Shown piece by piece: positions 1-12,859 of a stretch of DNA of 64,000 nucleotides; the stretch's first letter is position 1, and each line of letters begins with the position of its first letter. The notes beneath the pieces were generated by a model. The model was not told where the DNA came from, did no database searches, and saw only the letters and a list, made by a program, of their open reading frames with translations. Both the position numbers and the translations under genes were made by a program. Source of the DNA: Octopus vulgaris (Eukaryota); the NCBI GenBank assembly GCA_951406725.2, contig OX597818.1, positions 80,662,001 to 80,726,000 on the forward strand, in the 5' to 3' direction.

Positions 1-439
1 TTTGAGCAGAATTTTGTTGTTCCAGTCCATTGATGAGACCTTTCTTCGATTTTCCTGTAATTACCTTTTGAAAATATCATTATCATTTCATCATTATTTT
101 CACGGCCACTTTTCCATGCTTGCATGGATTCGACGGAAAGCATTGAGGCAGATTTTCTACGATCGGATGCCCGTCCTATCATCAACACTCACCTTTTTTT
201 TATATATATATAAATAAGGTAATATTTCCCCATGGCTAGACATGCTTTTCACTGAAGATTGGAAATGAACACCACTTGTATGACACTGATGTTCGTTTAT
301 AACTAAGGGGAGAGTAAAACACACACACGCTCATGTATATACCTACGACGGGTTTCTTTCAGTTTCTGTCCATCAAATTCATTCACAAAGCTGCTGTTTG
401 TTTGACCTTGGATGGGAGCTGTTGTAGAAGACACTTGAC

Positions 440-486
<47 letters not shown>

Positions 487-488
<2 letters not shown>

Positions 489-670
489 GCGACGAGCTGG
501 AAGAATCGTTAGCATGCCGGGCAAAATGCTTAGCGATATTTCGCCCGTCACTACGTTCTGTGTTCAAATTCCGCCGAAGTCGATTTTACCTTTCATCCTT
601 TCGGGTCGATAAATTAAGTACCAGTGAAACACTGGGGTCGATGTAATCGTCTACCCCCCCCCCCAAATAT
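487..670 (+). mobile_element. Nin/Deu-domain tRNA-derived SINE (family B), preceded by (TAT)n
   Basis: Head gcgagctggaagaatcgttagc, B-box-like gttcaaattcc, Nin-type core cctttcatcctttcgggtcgataaattaagtaccag; many copies in the window. Confidence 0.85.
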
Positions 671-774
671 CGTTTCAGTGTTTGTGGCTAATTGAGTAGA
701 TTTTGACTCTTGTTTCTCGCAAAACTGGTGCTATCTAGTACCCTTATTTATATATTCACTTATATTTATATTCT

Positions 775-950
775 TTTATTTATTTCGGTCATTTGACTGC
801 GGCCATGGTGGGGCACCGCTTGTAGTTGAACAAATCGACCCCAGGACTTATTCTTTGTAAGACTAGTATTTATTCTATCGGTCTTTTTGCCGAACAGCTA
901 CGTTACGGGGACGTGAACACATCAACATCGGTTGTCAAAAGACGGTGGAC
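775..950 (-). mobile_element. 3' half of CORE-type SINE (family A)
   Basis: Reverse complement of the family A tail seen in full at 5560-5735. Confidence 0.85.
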
Positions 951-984
951 ACACATACACACATACTTACATACTTACATACAT

Positions 985-1839
985 CGAAATTTGCTATGAT
1001 GATTCGGTGTCTGACTGAAGATTGAAGGCTTCGAATGATTTGTCTGTGTTCCGTGTTCGTCCCTTCCTGTATTTCACGTTCATTATATATAAAAACATTC
1101 ATTCTTATATTATTGCGGCGTTACGTGCACCCCCCGTTTGTTTGTCCAATTTTAAACCCTGCAAGACTTCTATACACACTGTCTTTTACTACCCGCCATT
1201 GCTTCTTCACCAAACTTTTTGGCGCCCTCCGATTCTTCCCCTCTCTTCCTCCCATCCTCCTCCCCTCTTCCTCCCATCCTCCTCCCCTCTTCCTCCCATC
1301 CTCCTTAATCCCTTCTTTCTCCTTCTCTCTTGGTCACTGATTCTGTCCCCTGCCTTCCACCCTCTTTGATTCCCTCTCTCTCTGTCTCTCTTTCTCTCTC
1401 TCCTGCGACCTGCTGCTTCTTAAACCATTCTGTTGGCCTTCGTATCTCGACCAACATGTGTCCCCGCTACCGAAACGGTAATTATTTCTACGCCAGCTAT
1501 GTTGTTGTTGTGTTTTTGTCTCATTTGGTCTAAAGTCGTATGACAACCACCGTTCTATATATTTTGTTTATTCATTACTGTTTTCAATTTCGTTTTCGTC
1601 TCTTGTATTCACATCCGTCTTGTGCGTTCACATTCCTGTCTTCTACCAAGAAATCTAATGCTTACAGCTTAGTTTTTTTTCTTGGGGCTGGCCGAGTTGG
1701 AGCAAATATCAGAATTGAACAGCCGAAATTTGCTATGATGATTCGGTGTCTGACTGAAGATTGAAGGCTTCGAATGATTTGTCTGTGTTCCGTGTTCGTC
1801 CCTTCCTGTATTTCACGTTCATTATATATAAAAACATTC

Positions 1840-1842
<3 letters not shown>
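985..1842. repeat. ~860-bp unit bounded by identical 119-bp direct repeats (985-1103, 1724-1842); possible Penelope-like pseudo-LTR arrangement
   Basis: cgaaatttgctatgatg...aaaaacattcatt occurs twice, 739 bp apart; flanked by (TACA)n and (TA)n. Confidence 0.7.
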
Positions 1843-1903
<61 letters not shown>

Positions 1904-2567
1904 CTTGCTTACCAGCCACATGATTCTAGGTTCAGTCCCACTGCGTGACACCCTGGGCAAGTGTCTTCTGCTATAGCCTCAGGCAGACCAAACCCTTGTG
2001 AGTGGATTTGGAAGACGGAAACCGAAAGAAGACCGTCGTGTGTGTGTGTATATATATATGTAGAAGACACTTGCCCAAGGTGTCACGCAGTGGGACTGAA
2101 CCGAGAACCATGTGGTTGGTAAGCAAGCTGTTTACCACACAGCCACTCCTGCGCCTGTATATAAAAAGCCTTTACGTTTTTTGATTTCCAATGTGCATTT
2201 TCGCTTATTTTTCTTCTTACTTTCCCCTTACATTTCAACGTGTAGTTTCTATTTTCTTTTTGTAACATATTTCTATTATATATATATATATATACATACA
2301 CACGTATGTGTGTGTGTGTACTGAATGACAACAAAAATCCAAGGACAACTATAATCTTATTAGTCATTTCCTCAAAAGTAAAGTATACAAGTACGTCTTT
2401 TATGACGGAATTGATCAATGCTGTGTGTGTGTGTATCAAAATCCAGAAATTTCGAGAACGTGTGCTAATTCTTTTCAGGAGCAATGAATCTCGAAGCAAT
2501 TAAAGCTATAAGTAAATATTAGTTTAAAATCTCCTGTACAGATGACAGATTTCCAATCTACCATTGA

Positions 2568-2630
<63 letters not shown>

Positions 2631-2694
2631 GAGAGACAGATGGGGGCGGATAGCTGGAGATATACAGATGATGTTGATAGACATATATTTGTAG

Positions 2695-2905
2695 ATGTAA
2701 TAGAATGTAACTACACGTGTGCCGTTGGCGATTTCTTTTTCTTCTTTGGACTTTTCCCTTTCTTTTTCCCGACGAAGAGCTATGCTCGAAACTTAAAACT
2801 TTCTCTTTTCACCGAGCGTCAAGCTAATATAATTCTTGTGCGCGTCCTCACCTTCGGTTTTATTTTTTCGTTTTTTTTTTTTAAATTCGTTTATTTGAAT
2901 TGACT
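2695..2905 (+). mobile_element. Short element with hammerhead-like motif, copy 1 (diverged)
   Basis: CCGACGA-A-GAGC-tat-GCTC-GAAAC at 2769-2792; downstream similarity to copies at 6.7, 60.2 and 63.4 kb; embedded in (TA)n. Confidence 0.55.
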
Positions 2906-3101
2906 ATATATATATATTTCGGTGAGAATGTCTTTTTTTTTTCTTTTTACGGTGCCGAGTTTACAATCGTGTAAATAATAATAATAGTATTTTTATATAA
3001 GCTTAAAGCTTATGCCGATCACCGTACAATGACTAAGGGAAATAGTCTAATAAAGCCCTGTCGAGGGCTTATATGCCCCTCTATTAATATATAAATACAA
3101 A

Positions 3102-3145
<44 letters not shown>

Positions 3146-4160
3146 GTGTGTGTAGAGAGAGTGAGAGATGTAGAAATTTGTATGTATGTATGCATGTATG
3201 CACATACACTTGTGTGTCAATGTGGGACTAGGTGTGGTAGGTGTTGGTGAAAGGTGAGAGAGAGAGCAAGAAAGATAGCGTGTTACAAGTATTTATTTAG
3301 TCTACTTATAGTTGTGTGTGGTGTACTTAGGCGTTCATGCAAAAACTAGGTCAGTTACAATAGAGACACCGATTTTATGAGTGGAGATGTACCGTTGAGT
3401 ATTAACTAACAGTTAGTTATTACAAGGAACTATTTGCAAATCATGTGAGTATCATGTACAAGTGTATAGCTGGCTATGTGGATATTATATACGTGAGTGT
3501 GTGTGTGTTTTGTTTTAATCATTGGATTGCGGCCGTGTTTGAGCATCGCCTTGAATTATATCAGCCGAACGAATCAACCCTAGTACTTGTATCAATACTC
3601 GTACTCGGTACCCATTCTATCGGTTCCCTTTTGCCGAACTTCTAAATTACGAGGCCGTAATCAAGCTAACACCGGTTGTCAAACGTCACTAGGGGACAGC
3701 CACACGTGTGTGCGCGTGTGCGATCCAAGAAAACACAAAGATGAGGTGAAAGCCCCCCCCCCCCAGTGTATTAGGTTTACGCTCAGAAAAAATGCAAGCA
3801 TTATCAGACAATTGCAAAAAACATGTTGAAAAACAGTTCAATACTCTGCACAAATTCCGATACAAATTTTTCATGGTTCAAAATTTGCTTACTTTTTCTC
3901 AACCCGATATATACATGATGCGTTTCTTTCAGTTTCCTTCCAACCAAATCCACTCATAAGGCATTGGTCGGCCCAGGGCAATACTAGAAGATACCCATGG
4001 TGCCACGCAGTGGGACTGAACCCAGGACCATATGGTTGGGAAGAGCAGAAATTAGAAAGTAATTTAAGGGCCGAGTGTGTCATGCGTTGGTATTTATCAA
4101 ACTTGATATGAGCCAATGCTCAAAACTCTTAACTTTTGAGTCTTGTACCGATTAAATATA

Positions 4161-4845
4161 TAGGCGCAGGCATGGCTGTGTAGGTAAGAAGCTCGTTTTG
4201 AAGCCACATGGTTCCGGGTTCAGTGTCATCTTGGACACGTGTCTTCTATCAAAGGCTTGGGCCGAACAATGCCTGGTGAGTCAATTGGTTGGCAGAAACT
4301 AAATGGAAGCCGGCGAAACTGAATGGAAGAAGGACGCGGGCTGGCAGAAACGTTAGCACGCCGGGCGAAATGCTTAGCGGTATTTCGTCTGCCGCTACGT
4401 TCTGAGTTCAAATTCCGCCGAGGTCGACTTTGCCTTTCATCCTTTCGGGGTCGTTAAATTGAGTACCAGTTACGCACTGGGGTCGATATAATCGACTTAA
4501 TCCGTTCGTCTGTCCTTGTTTGTCCCCTCTAAGTTTAGCTCCTTGTGGGCAATAAAGAAATAAGAAACTGAATGGAAGCCCATCGTGTACATACATACAT
4601 ACATACATACTTCAGTGTTCTTGTTTGTGTGTGTATCCCCCACCTCGACCATCGCTAGACAACCGGTGTTGGTTTGTTTACGCCACCATAACTTAGCAGT
4701 TCGGCAAAAGAACTGATAAAATAAGTACCAGAGTTTAAAACAAAACAAAACAAAAAATCCTGGGACCAATTTGTATGATTAAACCTTTCAAAGTGGTGCT
4801 CCAACATGACCAGAATCCAATGACTGAAACAAGTAAAAGATAAAA
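4161..4845 (+). mobile_element. Family A SINE interrupted by a young family B SINE (4330-4563)
   Basis: 15-bp TSD gaaactgaatggaag at 4315-4329 and 4564-4578 flanks a near-consensus Nin SINE. Confidence 0.9.
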
Positions 4846-5167
4846 TATATAAGGAGGTACAATGGAGTATAAAGAATGTATTTTCATGTGCGAAGGTTAA
4901 AATTCTGATCATAACTCAATTCGTCGTGTTTTGTCCTCGCACAAAGTACTGTTTGGTCGGCATAACAAAGGAATAGGGACCGCGCCTATTTAACGATTAC
5001 AAGTTGTTAACATTAGGAAATGTGTTGATCCAACCATAAAAATGAATAAAAGAAACCATCCCACAGGCAGAAAAATGACAAAATTTTAAAACGAGGACTC
5101 CTAAAATGGGACAGTGCCTGCCGGTCCATCCCCTAAATATCTGACATTGTGTCTAATTGAAAAAATC

Positions 5168-5340
5168 ATTATTGCCCTGCGCGTGTAAGCGAAGGCAGGA
5201 TATTGTAATCACTCGTTTTCGTCTATCTGCTTGTACGTTCACAACATGACTAGAAAACGGCTGAATGGATTTTCACCAAATTTGGCAGAAATACTCATTG
5301 GGTGAGTGATTTGAAATGATGAAAATTTGGTTTGATTATC
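5168..5340 (+). mobile_element. Helentron/DINE-1-like non-autonomous element, 5' fragment
   Basis: ttattgccctgcgc...gcgaaggcagg start followed by aaacggctgaatggattttcaccaaatttggca, as in DINE-1/HINE-like elements. Confidence 0.5.
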
Positions 5341-5343
5341 TTA

Positions 5344-5506
5344 GGCGCAGGAGCGGCTGTGTGGTAAGTAGCTTGTTTACCAATCACATGGTTCCGGGTT
5401 CAGTCCCACTGCGTGGCACCTTGGGCAAGTGTCTTCTACTATAGCCTCGGGCCGACCAAAGCCTTGTGAGTGGATTTGGTAGACGGAAACTGAAAGAAGC
5501 CTGTCG

Positions 5507-5539
<33 letters not shown>

Positions 5540-5735
5540 TTGTGTGTTTGTTCCCCTAGCATTGCTTGACAACCGATGCTGGTGTATTTATGTCCCCGTT
5601 ACTTAGCGGTTCGGCAAAAGAGACCGAAAGAATAAGTACTGGGCTTACAAAGAATAAGTCCCGGGGTCGAGTTGCTCGATCAAAGGCGGTGCTCCAGCAT
5701 GGCCGCAGTCAAATGACCGAAACAAGTAAAAGAGT
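5344..5735 (+). mobile_element. Full-length family A tRNA-derived CORE-type SINE (octopus OR-like)
   Basis: A box ggctgtgtggt, B box ggttcagtccc, CORE-like ccttgggcaagt, internal (TA)n(TG)n, 3' hairpin cagtc-aaat-gaccg and aagtaaaaga tail. Confidence 0.9.
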
Positions 5736-6674
5736 AATATATACATACATAGATATGCGACTGTGTGTATGTGTGTGTGTGTACAGTGATATACACATAT
5801 ACATTTATATAGGTACATGGATGCACACATGACTGTGGGGTTAAAATGTTGGCTCCCCATCTATGTGATTTTAGGTTCAGTCCCACTGCGCAGTACCTTG
5901 TGCAAGTGTATTCTGCCATAACCTCGGGCATGACCAAAGCGTTGGGAATTGATCTAGTTGATAGAGGCTGAAAGAAGCACGTCTTGTATGTAATGTATAT
6001 ATGTGTGTGTGCCCTTACTTTGACATTATGTAATGCCTGTAAACGATCCTCACCGTCATACAAGCGATGTTGTTTGTTTCCAGTCTTCCGTGAAAAAACA
6101 TGTCTGGCCATGGGAAAATAATACTTTGCTTTAAAATAATTTCCAGTGGTAGAATACGGGCAGCTTTCAACTTTTTCTATCCAAAGGGTGTTTTTTTTTT
6201 ACCTAATGTTTACAAGCTACTATTGATAGCTTTATTTGCTTCAAGATTCACCACTCTTGAAAAGAATTAGCACACGTTCTCGAAACAGGTGTGTTGCAAC
6301 ATATAGATCGTAGCAGATGAGAATCATCCGGCATATTCGTCGGAACTCCCATATCATCAAACGCCTGAATGAGAAGATCTCGTGGAGCTTTTGTGTGTGC
6401 TTTTATGCACTAAGCTCCTATGTGAGAGGATCTGTCTGGGTTAATAACGCAGTATTCGGTGTTCTAACAAGACATTTACGTTAAGCTGGATATAAAGATT
6501 GCCTTCTGGTTGTAATATTGCTTCCTTCGCTTACACACACACACACATAAACGAAAACAAGTAGGGTTTAAAATTTACTACAAATGTTTCGGTAGCCTTT
6601 CATTGGCGCAATCATAGATTACATTATAACATAAATCGGATCTACCGTTTACATACATACATACATGCAGACAG

Positions 6675-6830
6675 ATAGGACCGCTAAATCTACAAGTTTT
6701 TTTTTCATTCTCTCTGTTTATTTTCTCTTATTCCTTTCTGTTGAAGAGCGTAGGCTCAAAATGTAAAAGACTTTCATTTTTCCGATCGTCAAACTAATAT
6801 ACTTTCTTGTTCATACACCTGTCTTCATAT
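6675..6830 (+). mobile_element. Short element with hammerhead-like motif, copy 2
   Basis: cttt-CTGTTGA-A-GAGC-gtag-GCTC-aAAA-tg-TA-aaag at 6734-6769; G12 mutated to A. Confidence 0.6.
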
Positions 6831-7764
6831 AATACGCACGCGCACACACACACACTTATCTAAAGTATACTACCCACAAATGACACCTGATGGTTGTTTT
6901 GTCTGACTGCAAATTCGATGTTGCGGTACCCAGTCATTCTTGGCGTCTACTTGTTGATATGCCCAGATTCTAATGAATCCTGTAATTGATTTATCTATCT
7001 TCCAATCTATTTATCTATCACACACTCGCGCGCGCGCGACATGCTTCCATGTAGTTTCCGTCTAACAAATTCACTGATGAGACATTAAGATGACCTGAGG
7101 CTACAGCAGAAGTAAGACACTTGGGCTAAGTACCGCGCAGTGAGACTGAACTGGTAATCGCATAGTTGCAAAGCGCGTTTTTTTCCACCACACAGTCATG
7201 CTTGCTTCAATATTTACACACGAAACAATAACTCTATCTAGATCAGGATATCTCTAGATTTGAAACCGAATTTTTATGGTTACCGTTGGAAATATTTTAT
7301 CTCAATGAAGACGAACGGCGGCATCTATATCCTTATGCTATCGCTTGTTCACTTTATCGCTATAGTCAGATTTATATAGTTCTTTTATCTTTGTGGATAC
7401 ATTATATATAGTTCTCTTTATCCGTTTCTAATATCATATATCACTTCTTTGCACGTGTAGCGAGATTCTAAAAGCTTTTGTAATCCTGTGATATCGTTAT
7501 TCTTCGTTTTAATTGAGAAACAAACACCTTGAAATTTAGTTTAATAAGGAAATAGGCTTATATATATACATACATATACATATATATATATATATATATA
7601 CACGTAAATATATAGGATGGCGAATATTTTTAGAAATTTCACTGCCAGTGGCCTAGCATGTATAAAAAGTCAATAGACAAAATATTCTCAATATAAAATA
7701 GTGTACATTTAAACACAAGAGAAAACTGTCTTTAACAGGTAATTTTTACACGCTAGAAGAAGCA

Positions 7765-7804
<40 letters not shown>

Positions 7805-7889
7805 CGCTTGTTCTTTTGTTGGTATAAATTACTACAGAGGTGTGTACCTGTCAGACTGTACTTCATATAACTTTCTCAAAAAAATCTTT

Positions 7890-8290
7890 TGCTTGTTTCG
7901 GTCATTGGACTGCGGCCATGCTGGGGCACTGCTATAAAGGGGAGTGGGATTTTGTCGAACAAATCGACAACAGTAACTTACTTTTTTTTTTTAAAGTCTT
8001 GGTACTTTATTCCATCAGACATTTTTTACCGAACGACTATGTCACAGGGACGTAAACAACCAGCACTGATTTTCAAGCGGTGTTGGGAAGGAACAAACAT
8101 CAGCAAGTGCGGCACGCACATATATACATGAAGAGCTTCCACACAATTTCCGTCTACCATATTCAGTCACAAGGTATTGGTTTGCCTGATGCTATAGTAA
8201 AAGGCATTTACTTAAGGTGCCGTGCCGTGGAATTGAACCTGAATTTATGTGGTTGCAAAACGAACTTCTTAACCACCCAGCCATTGCTGC
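7890..8290 (-). mobile_element. Family A SINE, diverged full-length copy
   Basis: Reverse-complement match to tail and head of 5344-5735. Confidence 0.8.
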
Positions 8291-8706
8291 ACACATTTTT
8301 TTTAATGAAATTCTCCAGGAATATATTTTAGATTATGTAGATTCGAGTTATATCGGAATTTTTTGTGCAAAAACAATTTTCAGACACAGGCGGAGAGGAG
8401 TTTCGATAATTCACGCACCTCGGCTTTGTTTCCTCATACGCTTCGATGAGGTCTGGGGGATTATCTGTGGCCCATTTTTTTTTTTTTTCACATCGGATTC
8501 CGATCTTAGCATAATCTATACCATCTGAAATGTATTTGCTGAAAATTTTATTTAAAAATATTCATTTTAAATGGATAGCACACTTCTAAAAGGCGGTTTT
8601 GTTAACTCCGTATTCCCTTTTTGTAACTGACACCCAGTCTCGTTTCGTGTATAACCATCAGTTACTATAGACTAAGGCAAAAAATTTCTATGGCTTATAA
8701 TAGTCT

Positions 8707-8825
8707 CAGGGCCGGCTCCAGGAATTTTTAGAAGAAGGGAAGGTAATATTTAGAAGGGCGCACTACTTTTCTCAGGGAGCGGGAGAGTGCTCCGCAACCC
8801 CACCCCCCACCTGGATCCGCCCCCG
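8707..8825. mobile_element. Small MITE with CAGGGGCGGATCCAGG-type TIRs (Harbinger/PIF-like)
   Basis: cagggccggctccagg ... cctggatccgcccccg imperfect TIRs. Confidence 0.55.
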
Positions 8826-9603
8826 ATTCTTGATAAATGTTTCAACAATGAACGCATGGTGAATACCGGCCTAAACTGTGATGGTAATTTAGAAAATAAA
8901 AATGGCAGAACATTAGCGATATGAAAACTCCGTTAACACTTGCCTTACTTTATTTGCACTACACGAAAAACTGAAATATGGGAGGTTTTTACTTCACACG
9001 TGTTCTCTGTGTGTGCGTAGACAGACTGCTGCAAAACACCTCTCTCAGATTCACCGTTCTTAATAACCATTTAGCAACAAACATAGAATATAGTCTAGTC
9101 CAAATCATGATGGTAACTAAGAAAAATGGTAAACCATAAGCTACATAAAAATCTTATTGCTACTTGCCAACCTTCACTAATGCCAGGCGAATGGCCGTGT
9201 AAAACCTGGGATGTTTTTCTGCCGCACTCTTTTCATACCGATTTTCCCCTCCCTAATCGTGAAGAAAATTAGATTGGAGTTGGAACGTAGTGGGGCCGGA
9301 GACTAAAATATATTATTTTTAATCATTGGTGCAGTTTATCTAAGTTATTTATGAACTCGGTCAATGGCTGTTAGTTGCTGCTGGTTAAACGATAAATGTT
9401 AATCTATGATTTTTCTGTAATAAATTTCAATTTCTTTATTTGATTTGATAATATGAAATGTAAAATTTAAAAAATGCTGGTTTCACGATAAATCAACGCA
9501 CTATAAACAAGGTGTTTCTCTTTTTTTAATATTGCAAGTTGAAAAGGTTGTCAGATATTTTAATAAAGCTAAATGATATATTTTATTACGTATATGCTTG
9601 ATG

Positions 9604-9890
9604 TGAAGGCGCGTAGCCACGTGGTTAGGTTGTTGCTCGTAAAATCGTGGTTTCGATTCTCAGACCGGCGGCGCGTTGTGTTCCTGGACAAAACATTTCA
9701 TTTCATTTTGATCCAGTCCACTCACCTGTAAATGGATAAATAGGTAACCCTGTGACGGACTAGCTTTCCATTCGGGGAGATATATTGGCGTGCTTGCCTA
9801 GACAGCGGGATGTCATCATTCAAAAGCTACAACTATGGGAGGAAGCGCATTGTAACGGTGTATTACAATATCCAATAGTCTGGTTGATAG
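9604..9890 (+). mobile_element. tRNA-derived SINE family C (CORE-like plus V-like segment)
   Basis: Head gaaggcgcgtagccacgtggttagg and ggtttcgattc; aaaacatttcatttc...ccagtccactcacctg; related copies at 12020-12255, 27374-27635 and 51440-51662(-). Confidence 0.75.
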
Positions 9891-10767
9891 AGTGGTACGC
9901 TTTATAGCTTTATGATCTGAGAAGAGTGACTGGTGTTTCGTATTATGTCAACGGCCCTGTGTTACGTGTTTGGCCAACAGACCTAAATGTCAGTGACTGT
10001 GTACGTCTACAAAAATCAGTAAAAAAAAAAAAATAGCGGTGTGTATATCAATAAAAAGACAAGAGGGTCATGCCTTTCATCCTTAATCTGCTCGATTAAG
10101 GTTAGCTTAGGGTTAAACAACAACGGATGCTGACTTCAGTCTTTCCAGCAGACTTGAAAAAGTCAATGGAAAACCATTCCAGCATAATCTTCCTTGAATT
10201 ATCGTTATTCCGAAGTCCAGTGGTCCTTTACCATCCATACGAGGAGCTTGAAATCCCTACAAAGTTTGTTCGTAATGTTTTCATTGTCTTTTCGTCAACA
10301 CATGGAAATTGCGACTTCCGGTAGGTCAGCAATGAAGACTTAAGATTGGTTAAATTTTCAAACTTTAATGGTTTAAAACTGTTTTATCATTAATTTCTGG
10401 AGAAAATTGCTATGATTTTCGTCATCAGCATACAAAACTACATAAGTTTGGAAAATTTGAAAAAATTGTAACAGTGGGAAGGATTTTAGAAAGATCTCCC
10501 ACGGAATTTGCATCTCTCTCTCTTTCTCTCTCTCTCTTTTCTCTCACTTTCTCTCTCTCTTTTCTCTCACTTTCTCTCTCACTTCCCCCCTCTCTCTCTG
10601 ATGATGATTCTAGTTGAGTTAAGCCTAGTAAAATAGTCCGATTCCTACAAGTGGGAGTGAATTGTCATATCCTCCAACCACATCGGAAAATATTACCACT
10701 AAATCATTAACATGACCAAATTTATTTTTATGAAATCAAATTATTATTGTTATTATTATTATTGTTA

Positions 10768-11340
10768 AGGCGGCGAGCTGGCAGAATCGTTAACACTCCG
10801 GGCGAAATCCTTAGCAGTATTTCGTCTGCCGTTACGTGCTGAGTTCAAATTCCGCCGAGGTCGACTTTGCCTTTCATCCTTTCAGGGTCAATTAAATAAG
10901 TACCAGTTACGCACTGGGGTCGATATAATCGACTTAATCCGTTTTTCTGTCCTTGTCCTCTCTGTGTTTAGCCCCTTGTGGGTAGTAAAGAAATAAGTAT
11001 TTCGTCAGTCGCTATGTTCTGAGTTCAAATTCCACCGAGGTCGACTTTGTGTTTCATCCTTTCGGGATCGATGAAATAAGTACTAGTGAAACTCTAGGGT
11101 ACATGTAATCGATTGACCTGCTCCTTCAGAACTTGCTGGTCATGTACCAAAACTTGAAATCGTTATTATTATTATTTGGTGGCTTAGCGCCATATCTTCC
11201 CGTTCTTTGTTATTAGTTCAAATACTGCCGAGGTGAACTTTTGCCTTTCATTCTTTCGGGGTAAACAAAATAATCCTAGTAGAGCACTCCATTGTCCAGC
11301 AGCTACGTAACTGCCTCTCCCCCACCTCAAATTTCATTTG
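10768..11340 (+). mobile_element. Cluster of three family B (Nin) SINEs, one young and full length (10768-10995)
   Basis: Repeated gagttcaaattccgccgaggtcgactttgcctttcatcc core. Confidence 0.85.
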
Positions 11341-11903
11341 AATGGTTTGAGTCAACCCCAGGCTGTTGTAGAAGAAAGCACTTTGCCAAGGCTCCACGGG
11401 ATGTGATTCAAACCGAGACCTCACGATTACCAGATGAACTTCGTAATCATTCAGCTAAGCTAGTGCCCTTATGTACGTTTGTATCTCACAACTGTTTCTT
11501 TTTTATTGACGAATGAACTTGGTTTGAACAGTAAATCTGTTTATATTTATACAACAGTGAGTTTCTGAAGACATACAACAAAGCCAAAGCGAAAAAAAAA
11601 TCAATAAAAGGTGACGACATGGTAGATTCGATCCCCATTGGGGCCACACTTTTTATTGACTTTCGTGATCTCTGTATTGATCTATCGGCACACAAGCACA
11701 CTTGCTTACAATATCTAAACACAGATTTCTATGCGTGGATTTGCCCGCAAATGTGTAATGTTATACTATGTCAGCGTATAAATCACACACACATTCTCAC
11801 ATATATACGTGTATATGTATGTATGTTTGCGTGCGCGCATATAAACGAACTTTTCTTTTTTTTTTTTTTTTTGAAGCGTCGAATGCGTATCGTATTATAC
11901 AAA

Positions 11904-12009
11904 CAAGAAGGTAATACTTCGAACGCTGTATGGCTGTGAAAACAACAGAAAAATACCCAAACTTTCTGCTGTTTTCACGGCTCTACTGCGTTCGAATATT
12001 ACCTTCTTG
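11904..12009. repeat. Imperfect inverted repeat (~47-bp arms, ~11-nt loop)
   Basis: caagaaggtaatacttcgaacgctgtatggctgtgaaaacaacagaaa pairs with tttctgctgttttcacggctctactgcgttcgaatattaccttcttg. Confidence 0.85.
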
Positions 12010-12426
12010 CCCTTAACAACGTGGGTTAGTGGTTAGGCTGTCAGCATCATGATCGTAAGATTATGGTTTCGATTCCTGGACCGGGTGACGCGTTGTGTTC
12101 TTGAGCAAAACACTTCATTTCACGTTGCTCCAGTCCACTCAGCTGGCAAAAATGAGTAACGCTGCGATGGACTGGCGTCCCGTCAAGCTGGGGAACACAT
12201 ACACCATTAAAAACGGGAAACCGGGCCCATGAGACTGGCTAGGCTTTAAAAGGATATATATATATAAATGTGCAGGTGGACTGTGTGGCAAGAAGTTAGC
12301 TTCTCAACCACATGATTCCGGGTTCAGTTCTACTGCGTGGCACCTTAGGCAAGTGTTTTCAGCTATAATTCCGGACCAATCCTTGCGTGTATTTTCGGTA
12401 GACAGAAACTGAAAGAAGCCTGTCGA

Positions 12427-12461
<35 letters not shown>

Positions 12462-12859
12462 GTTATTATGTAAAACTGTCGTATGTCCAAATTTGGCCAA
12501 ATGGGTCGTTTTTTTCTTTTGTGAATATTTAATTTTGCTTACAATAGCCAGTTCTTTTGGTCAAACTATCATATCTCCAGCTGCTTCAGATGCCAAGATA
12601 CCAAAAATTGTCAAAGTGTAGTACAACGGTTTAGCATTTTTCAAAAGTGTAGTAAGTCCCACCTTTGACAGTTTTGCAAAAATATTTCTTAATGAAAATA
12701 TCATACATGCATGGAGCTAGGATTTTATGCCCCCAACAAAGTATTTATTGTTAAGCTGAAACTGTTGCTAATGTAAAAAGAAATGGAATGGTGAAACTAT
12801 TTTTTCGTTTTTTAGAAAAGCAATGTTTTGGACTTACGACACTTTTGCATAATAGCAAC
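12462..12859. mobile_element. Non-autonomous DNA transposon with ~30-bp TIRs inserted in the microsatellite of a family A SINE
   Basis: gttattatgtaaaactgtcgtatgtccaaa versus tttggacttacgacacttttgcataatagcaac; SINE head at 12270-12430, SINE tail resumes at ~12900. Confidence 0.7.

Noticed and set aside
5344-5420. tRNA genes at SINE heads (also 9604, 40035)
   Set aside because: A/B boxes are present but there is no full cloverleaf, and each continues into a SINE body
5377-5562. Recurrent peptide VEDTCPRCHAVGLNPEP / RRHLPKVPRSGTEP in many ORFs
   Set aside because: Antisense translation of the family A SINE head, not a protein family
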